A DNA stretch of 57,454 nucleotides, taken from assembly GCA_964550575.1 (NCBI GenBank), contig CAZKAA010000001.1:1-57454 (forward strand), written 5' to 3'. This document shows positions 51,601 to 57,454 of the stretch, piece after piece. Both the position numbers and the translations under genes were made by a program. The notes under the pieces were generated by a model. The model saw only the letters and a program-made list of their open reading frames with translations, was not told where the DNA came from and ran no database searches. The stretch's first letter is position 1; each line of letters opens with the position of its first letter. The DNA is from an uncultured Candidatus Cloacimonadota bacterium (GTDB lineage Bacteria > Cloacimonadota > Cloacimonadia > Cloacimonadales > Cloacimonadaceae).

Positions 51601-54600
51601 ATACGCTGGCGGTGAATCCGAAACTCACTCCCACGGGTGGCACTGATACCTTCGCCCTGAAGATCGAAGGCGGCGACTATATCACCATCCACCACATTGA
51701 TGTCGCGAACCTGTCTAGCGCCAACAACCTGGCCAACGGCTTCTGGATCGAGGGGGTTACCGGCAATGGAGCTGATCATGTGACCATCCGCAACTGCAGC
51801 ATCACCCTCGATCGGGCTGTTACCAGCACCGCGATCTACCTAAGCGGGGTAAGCAGCAGCACCGGCACCAAAGTGCTCGAAAACTCGATCGACAACACCA
51901 CCCGGGCTGTTTACCTCTACCCTACTGCGACCGCCTATAACAGCCTGGTGCAGGGCAATGAGATCACCAACGCCATCCAAGGCATTTACCTGCGCACAGA
52001 CAACGGCAGCCTGGTACACAACAACCAAGTGTCCTTCCCTTCAAACGCCACAACAGCCCTGAACGGAATATATCTTTACAATTCCACCGGCACCCAGGTG
52101 TCGGACAACACGGTGATCGGAGGCAGCACAACCTCAACCTGTAGCGCGTTGTACAACCGCAACGGAACCAATGCCTGGTTCGGCAACCTGGTAAGCAATC
52201 TGCACAGTAACGGAGCCATGGAGGGATTTGATATCTACGGCGGCACTCTCGACATCCATGACAACGAGTTCACCGCCCTAAGTTCCAATCAGACAATTTT
52301 CGGCATCGATCTGAACCTGGAAGGCGGAGGCAGCGCGCAACTCTACCGTAATAAAGTTCACAATATCCAATCCAACGCCACAGCTGGTTATCAGGCTTAT
52401 GGCATCGTGAGTGGCTCCACCACCAACTTGGTGCACAATAACCTGATCTACGACATCCGCAATCCCGGCGGTAGCACAGTGCCCCAGGCGTACGGCCTGC
52501 AGGTCAACGGAGGCTCTTGCAGCCTGTATTACAACAGCGTGTATCTGGACGCTTCCGGCACCAACGACAATTTCTCCAGCGCTGCCCTATATGTGACCGG
52601 CGGCAGCTCCATCCTGATGAACAACAACATCTTCATGAATACCGGTACCCCGGGAAGCAGCGGCAAGAGCGTGGCCTTCTGGAAAACCACGGACGGCTTC
52701 ACCAATTTCAACTCCGCCACTGACCGGAACATCTACCACGCCGGAACCCCGGGAACATCGAACCTGATCTGCTGGACGCCCTCTGCGAGTTATCAAATCC
52801 TGGACGATTACAAAGCTGCGACGGTGACCTTCGATCAGAACAGCTTCACCGAAGAGGTCCCCTTTGCAAGTGCCGTAAGCCCATATGACCTGCACATCAC
52901 ACCTAGCGCCGCCACCCAGGCGGAAAGCAACGGCATAGCCATCGCGGGAATTAGTATGGACTATGATAAAGACCTACGCGCTGGCGAGACCGGCTACGCT
53001 GGGACGGGCACCGCACCGGATATTGGGGCGGATGAGGGTGAGTTCACCGTTCCTCTGCTGGTGCCGGACCCGGCCAACCTGGTTGCCCCCACCGACGGCG
53101 ATTACGCGGTTTCCATCCAGCCCACCCTCACCTGGTACGCCTCCTCCTCCGGAGGCGCGCCCACGGGCTACCGGCTAAGCCTCTGGGCGGAAGACCCGGA
53201 GGAATACATCGAAGCCAGCACCGACTTGGGAATCGAACTCAGCTACAACTGCACAACCACGCTGGACTATCTGCGGACCTACTATTGGCGGATAGTTCCT
53301 TATAACGACAACGGCTCCCCAGATTCGCTGGACTGCCCGGTTTGGAGTTTTTCCACCCACAAGGAACCGCTGACTGGCAGCTGGGTGATCGGCACGGGCC
53401 ATTTCTACCCTGATTTCACCCACGCCATCAGATACCTGAACGCCAGCGGGGTAGGCTCAGGAGGGATCACCTTCACCGCTGTCGCAGGTGAGGTTTTCGC
53501 CGAAAATCCCCCCGCCATAACAGCCACAGGTACCGCTCTCAACCCTGTTGTATTCACGAGCACCGATACCCTGGCCACCAATCCGAAGATCACCCCCGCG
53601 GGCGGGACCGGTACTTATGCCTTCAAGCTTGAGGGTGGCGATTTCTTCACCTTCGACCACATCGACATCGCCAACGCGACCGGCCACACAGACCTGAATT
53701 ACGGCTTCTGGCTGGAAGCACCCACCGGCAACGGCTGTACGGACAACACCGTAAGCGCCTGCGCCATCACCCTCGACCGGACTATCGAATGCTATGCCAT
53801 CCGCGAAGATTCCGCCTCAGGCCGGGTGAACCACCGCAACAGGTATCTGCGCAACACCATCAGCAACATCCGCTACGGAATCTACCTCTATAACACATAC
53901 TATTCCAGCACGCAGGTGATCCAAAGCAACGTTATCACGGATTTCAGCTCCAACGCCATCTACAGCCGGGAATCCAACGGGATAGAGATCAGCCATAACC
54001 AGTTGACGATGGTGGCCAACAACACCCTGGCCTGTTCCGGCATCAGCCTTTATGCGGACAATGGTTTGGGTCTGATCCACCACAACACCATTACTGGATC
54101 CAACACCACCCAGACTTTCACCGGCATCTATCACACCTCCAACAACTTCGACATCTTTAACAACTCCATATCCGGAGTGACCTCATCCAACGCGGTTTAC
54201 GGGATCAGAAACAACAGCGATTATTCAGCCAATTTCCGTCATGTATACCAAAACGTCATCAGTGATCTAACCAGTACTGGAAATTACTACGTTTGGGGAA
54301 TATACCAGAACCGCGGGACAATCTATCAAAACACAATTACAGGTCTCGTCTCCGGCGGCAACGTGCGGGGAATTTCCGCGGCTTATGGCACTGTGTATCA
54401 AAACGACATCCACAACCTTCAAACGAACAGCACCAACGATTACGCCTGTGGATTGCTCACCTCAAACACCACTACCGCCCACAACAACATGATCTGCGAC
54501 CTGCGTGCCCCGAACTCCAATTCCGCCGCCTCTGTGCGGGGAATCTATACCTATAATGGGGCAGCGAGCCTATATTACAACAGCGTTCTGATCACAGGCA

Positions 54601-56939
54601 GCGGCACCGCGTCCTTCTCCTCGGCCGCCCTCTTCGATTATAGCTGCACCACACTCACTCTGCAAAACAATATCTTCTCCAACCTCAGCACCCCCGGCAC
54701 CTCCGGAATGGCGGTGGCCTTCTGGAAATCAGCAGAGAATTTCACCGACATCACCACTGCCAGCGACAAGAACATCTGGTATGCCGGCACGCCCGGAGCG
54801 CAGAACCTGATCTGCCAATACGGCACAATCAGTTGCCAGAGCCTGGACGATTACAAGACCGCCAACCTGGGCAAGGACCAGAGTTCCTACTCGGAAGACC
54901 CACCCTTCCTCAGCGAAGCGGCGCCCTACAATCTGCATCTGGACCCGCTGGTGCAGACCTATGCCGAGGGCAACGCCCTGGTGGTGGCATCAGTGGCTGT
55001 CGATTACGACGGCGACGAACGCGATTCCGAATCCCCCGACATCGGCGCTGACGAGGGCGATTTTACCGAAGTGCAGCTGCCGCCATCTGTGGTCAGCTAC
55101 CTCAGTCCCGCCAACGGAGCGATCGACCTCGCTCTGAACATTCCCATCGCCTGGGCACCAGGTAGCGGCGGGGGCGATCCCGATTACTACAAGGTCTATT
55201 TTGGCGAGACGAATCCTCCTCCTCTGGTGGACGATAATGTGCTCACCACCCATTACTACCCCTTCCTGCTGCCGGAGCGGACCTATTACTGGAAAGTCGA
55301 TGCCGTGAACACCTTGGGAACCGCGGCGGGAGTGGAGGTCTGGAGTTTCGACACCCGTGCCGACAACACCATCATGGAGTTTCCCTTCACCGAGAGCTTC
55401 GAGGAAGGCAACACCAACGGCTCGACAACCATCAACCGCTGGACCCAGGCTCTGGGGAGCGGTTCCTACTACTGGACGGCAAACACCTCCACCAGCTACA
55501 ACCGCACTCCCCGCACCGGGACCTTCAACGTTACCCTTGCTGCCCCCGCCTCCGGCAGCGGCGATGCCTGGCTCTTCCGGCCAATCTATCTTGAAGCGGG
55601 GCAGTCATATGAACTCGAACTCTGGGCGCGCCAATATACAGCTTCAGGCGCTCAAGCCTATATCCAGGTGCGTCTCGGCACTGACCCCAGTATCGCCGGA
55701 ATGAGCCAAACCATCATTAATATCAAGGAATTTGTCAACGGCGATTATCAGAGAGGAGCGGGCACCTTCACAGCAACCTCGACCGGCATCTGGTATCTGG
55801 GCATCCACGGCGTATGCCTCAGCTATATCAACTATTTCAGCCTCGACGACATCGGCATTGATTACTACGCGCCTTATCCCGCGTTCAGCATCGCTCCGAC
55901 CTCCATGAACTACGGGATGGTCAACGTGGGCGAAACCAGCGCTGACCAGGCATTTGTGATCAGCAATGTAGGCGATGCCGATCTCATTATTTATCAAAGC
56001 GATATCTATTTGGACGGGATCCATGCGGAGGAATTTGTGCTCACCGATCCCGGCAGCGACCTCATCATCGCTCCCGGCACCGCGGATACCCTCTACGTAT
56101 CCTTCGCGCCGCAAACACTGGGCGCGAAATCCGCCGACCTTATGATTCTGGACAACGTCAACCGCGCCACCCACCAGATCCCGCTCTCCGGACGCGGAGT
56201 CGGACCACTCATCCCGCCTTGCCTGGAAGATTTTGAGGACGGCTGGATCGACTGGGTGCGCGTCAACGGCACGGTCGCCAACAAATGGGAACTCGGCACC
56301 GCCACCAACTATCGCAATAGCTATAGCGCCTATATCAGTTCCAACAACGGTGCCACCCACAGCTACAATCCCAACTCACCCTCCTATGTCCACCTCTACC
56401 ACGACGTCACTTTCCCGGAAGACATGGACGGAATGCAACTCAAATTCCAATGGAAAGGCGTGGGCGAGGCTGGATTCGACTATCTGACCGTGCATCTCAC
56501 CGACACCAGCTTCGTGCCCCAGTTGGGCGAGACCATCGCCATCGGCCAGATCGCGGGGCCGCTGCAAGCATCTGCAGATTGGCAGCTTGCCGGGATTCTT
56601 CTCGACGAGTCCAACGCCGGCCAAACCAAGCGCCTGATCTTCAGTTGGCGCAACGACGGCGGCGGCGGAACCCAACCTCCGGCTGCCATCGACAACATCC
56701 GCATCTATACCGACTGGCCTGATTTCAATCCCTCGCTGATCCCCGCGAACCCCAGCGGAACTGCCAGCGGCGGAAACATCTCGCTCACCTGGGACAAGGT
56801 GGACGGAGCAAACGATTACATCATCGAGGACTCCGACATGTTCGACGGAGTCTTTACGCCAATCGGGCGCGGATACAACGTCTTTACAGTTCCCGGCAGT
56901 TATCCGAAGCGCTTCTTCAGGGTGCGCGCCACGGATTGA
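48621..56939 (+). CDS. Giant (2772 aa) secreted protein with three tandem beta-helix/Fn3 modules, adhesin and Ig-like domains, and an Fn3-like C-terminal domain
   Basis: AAGGAG RBS and signal peptide; Asn-ladder GIY..N.I repeats; three PY.LH..PDIGADEG.F and three YYW modules; ESFEE and EDFED domains; C-terminal LTWDKV..FFRVRATD. Confidence 0.9.
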   Translation: MRQAAMVLFFMFICASGIAQSMGNYTFSQSVGTYAEITGGTVLGNETSDEQKFVDPAAPLGGTTNTGVGLPMGFNFYYAGQEFDRLAVCTNGWISLGQSWETTAVNIGSSSNTAPLGSTYGINPPWQVSRVAVLAMDLQAQAGSTIRLETIGTAPYRVCVVQWKGYRKKNAAGENLNFQIRLEETTNKVVLSYGLMTVNATSGSPQVGMRAEPATAATNYANRTTTTDWSATTAGTAANSTCTLSNTVYPANGTTFTWSPPAALSSSYTIGSSGDFTTFAAAFNFLNDNYPLYGIPEGGTTFNVSAGQTFDQAELLPALTATGSPNRPIVFQKYGTGTNPLLSISGTTSTSDTGIRVNGGDYYSFTAIDIQNSTGLSSLERGFVLAALSSNPCTNNTISNCTITLYRTNANTIGVYSLGATSAGNNNNAFSGLSIINSNTGINTTGNSSTSYHNNGELIINCSLSDISAYGIYATYCLNLEVESCNINMAAGNNVTFCGIYTDSNTLTAEIHDNVITGNTTSAAAYGLYGDDGVIEWHHNTIKEFTGTGSGDRIGIYIHDRNHLVSANEVYDFNATGNVYGIYSGPYTDNLSIYNNEIHDLKYTGPTGNGYVAWGIAVNGTNITVANNMIYDLGSTGDVAPMIRGITLGTGTTLNAYFNTVYLKGGGTNTNFGSAGLYFTSNVPTLDIRNNIVVELSTPGTATSGRVAAIWKSYTGFANFAPTCDRNIYYAGTPGPKNLICFDGTAYETLSDYKAAIMTCDLGSLTENVTFTSTVEPYDLHIPTGTSTLAESNALPIASWDFDFDGDNRHDEFPDIGADEGSFTVPAIPPDPPVLINPADGAIVVQPSATLNWAASSTGGAPTGYRLYFGTNLNSLAMIDLGNVTIYDPEPDMQFLTTYYWKIVPYNAAGPADSVSYSHWSFETHAAPLTGEYVIGSTGYYSSFSLAITHLNAAGVGSGGVTYQAIAGEVFAENPIPITATGTADDPIVFTSTDTLAVNPKLTPTGGTDTFALKIEGGDYITIHHIDVANLSSANNLANGFWIEGVTGNGADHVTIRNCSITLDRAVTSTAIYLSGVSSSTGTKVLENSIDNTTRAVYLYPTATAYNSLVQGNEITNAIQGIYLRTDNGSLVHNNQVSFPSNATTALNGIYLYNSTGTQVSDNTVIGGSTTSTCSALYNRNGTNAWFGNLVSNLHSNGAMEGFDIYGGTLDIHDNEFTALSSNQTIFGIDLNLEGGGSAQLYRNKVHNIQSNATAGYQAYGIVSGSTTNLVHNNLIYDIRNPGGSTVPQAYGLQVNGGSCSLYYNSVYLDASGTNDNFSSAALYVTGGSSILMNNNIFMNTGTPGSSGKSVAFWKTTDGFTNFNSATDRNIYHAGTPGTSNLICWTPSASYQILDDYKAATVTFDQNSFTEEVPFASAVSPYDLHITPSAATQAESNGIAIAGISMDYDKDLRAGETGYAGTGTAPDIGADEGEFTVPLLVPDPANLVAPTDGDYAVSIQPTLTWYASSSGGAPTGYRLSLWAEDPEEYIEASTDLGIELSYNCTTTLDYLRTYYWRIVPYNDNGSPDSLDCPVWSFSTHKEPLTGSWVIGTGHFYPDFTHAIRYLNASGVGSGGITFTAVAGEVFAENPPAITATGTALNPVVFTSTDTLATNPKITPAGGTGTYAFKLEGGDFFTFDHIDIANATGHTDLNYGFWLEAPTGNGCTDNTVSACAITLDRTIECYAIREDSASGRVNHRNRYLRNTISNIRYGIYLYNTYYSSTQVIQSNVITDFSSNAIYSRESNGIEISHNQLTMVANNTLACSGISLYADNGLGLIHHNTITGSNTTQTFTGIYHTSNNFDIFNNSISGVTSSNAVYGIRNNSDYSANFRHVYQNVISDLTSTGNYYVWGIYQNRGTIYQNTITGLVSGGNVRGISAAYGTVYQNDIHNLQTNSTNDYACGLLTSNTTTAHNNMICDLRAPNSNSAASVRGIYTYNGAASLYYNSVLITGSGTASFSSAALFDYSCTTLTLQNNIFSNLSTPGTSGMAVAFWKSAENFTDITTASDKNIWYAGTPGAQNLICQYGTISCQSLDDYKTANLGKDQSSYSEDPPFLSEAAPYNLHLDPLVQTYAEGNALVVASVAVDYDGDERDSESPDIGADEGDFTEVQLPPSVVSYLSPANGAIDLALNIPIAWAPGSGGGDPDYYKVYFGETNPPPLVDDNVLTTHYYPFLLPERTYYWKVDAVNTLGTAAGVEVWSFDTRADNTIMEFPFTESFEEGNTNGSTTINRWTQALGSGSYYWTANTSTSYNRTPRTGTFNVTLAAPASGSGDAWLFRPIYLEAGQSYELELWARQYTASGAQAYIQVRLGTDPSIAGMSQTIINIKEFVNGDYQRGAGTFTATSTGIWYLGIHGVCLSYINYFSLDDIGIDYYAPYPAFSIAPTSMNYGMVNVGETSADQAFVISNVGDADLIIYQSDIYLDGIHAEEFVLTDPGSDLIIAPGTADTLYVSFAPQTLGAKSADLMILDNVNRATHQIPLSGRGVGPLIPPCLEDFEDGWIDWVRVNGTVANKWELGTATNYRNSYSAYISSNNGATHSYNPNSPSYVHLYHDVTFPEDMDGMQLKFQWKGVGEAGFDYLTVHLTDTSFVPQLGETIAIGQIAGPLQASADWQLAGILLDESNAGQTKRLIFSWRNDGGGGTQPPAAIDNIRIYTDWPDFNPSLIPANPSGTASGGNISLTWDKVDGANDYIIEDSDMFDGVFTPIGRGYNVFTVPGSYPKRFFRVRATD

Positions 56940-57013
56940 CCGCCTGAACGCTTCACCGGGAGGTAATCCCCGTTTGCCCGAGCGTGGAACCTCCCGGGAT
57001 CTGATTCCTCCTG

Positions 57014-57044
57014 AGAGCCCGGCAGTTGCCGGGCTCTTTCTTTT
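57014..57044 (+). terminator. Intrinsic terminator after the giant gene
   Basis: AGAGCCCGGCA-GT-TGCCGGGCTCT followed by TTCTTTT. Confidence 0.85.
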
Positions 57045-57065
57045 GCCTGCGTAGCAGAATCTTCC

Positions 57066-57427
57066 CTCTGTGTCTTTGTGTCTCCGTGCCTCTATGTTTG
57101 TCCCCAACCTGTGTCCGGGACTGAAGTCGGGACACCCAACAGGCTGAAGCCTATGCCACAATGAGCCTATGCCACAACACCACCCGGCCCTGAGCGCTTG
57201 TCATTCCCGGCTTTCGGGGTCCTCGCGCAATCGCCTGCGATTGGGTGGGGTGAATTGACCGGGAATCCAGTCTTTTCTCCTGGTTCTCCTGTCCTCTCCA
57301 GCATAGTCTGGTGTACGTCCGGGGTCTTAAAGACTGGATCCCGGGTAACCTGCGGTTCCCGGGATGACAACGCCTTATAATCTGATGTGGATGGTGTTAT
57401 CCTCCCTCTGTCCCTCTGTACCTCTGT
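57066..57427. repeat. Second composite REP-like mosaic
   Basis: 57066-57210 repeats the module order of 23671-23810; GTCATTCCC..GGGAATCCAGT at 57200-57271 and a reversed copy at 57333-57368; 8-nt CCTCTGT repeats at 57405-57427. Confidence 0.88.
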
Positions 57428-57454
57428 TTTTCATAGTATCTTTTCATTCGTGTC

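Noticed and set aside
56956-56997. CCGGGAGGT...ACCTCCCGG inverted repeat after the giant gene
   Set aside because: A single pair in the opposite order, without 11-bp phasing; probably an ordinary 3'-UTR hairpin.

Overview
A GC-rich bacterial chromosomal fragment. Its repertoire of secreted proteins (FlgD-Ig/T9SS-like C-terminal domains, cleaved-adhesin domains, C10 peptidase) suggests Candidatus Cloacimonadota; this is an inference, not a database result. Bases 1-45 are an untrimmed Illumina adapter. Coding content: a truncated papain-fold peptidase missing from the ORF track, glgP, a long-chain acyl-CoA ligase, an rpsU-cvpA-mutS2-dnaG-rpoD operon, a glycan-utilisation operon (SBP-permease fusion, MalG-like permease with a large insertion, GH38, GH20, GH130, CBM9-like), ovoA followed by an exported DUF362 Fe-S protein, a DUF1998/MrfA-type helicase with an in-frame HNH domain, and seven complete large secreted modular proteins, one of them 2772 aa. 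I found no tRNA, rRNA, CRISPR array or transposase. Best candidates for undescribed biology: (i) intergenic palindromes built from 11-bp-phased units, with four GC-class copies of identical geometry and one AT-class 89-bp copy in front of the helicase-HNH gene; (ii) two composite REP-like mosaics sharing the same modules, including hairpins nested inside hairpins; (iii) the helicase-HNH fusion; (iv) an OvoA whose methyltransferase domain looks remodelled; (v) a second, non-FlgD C-terminal domain shared by three unrelated secreted proteins; (vi) a permease loop made of five GH42-like motifs.
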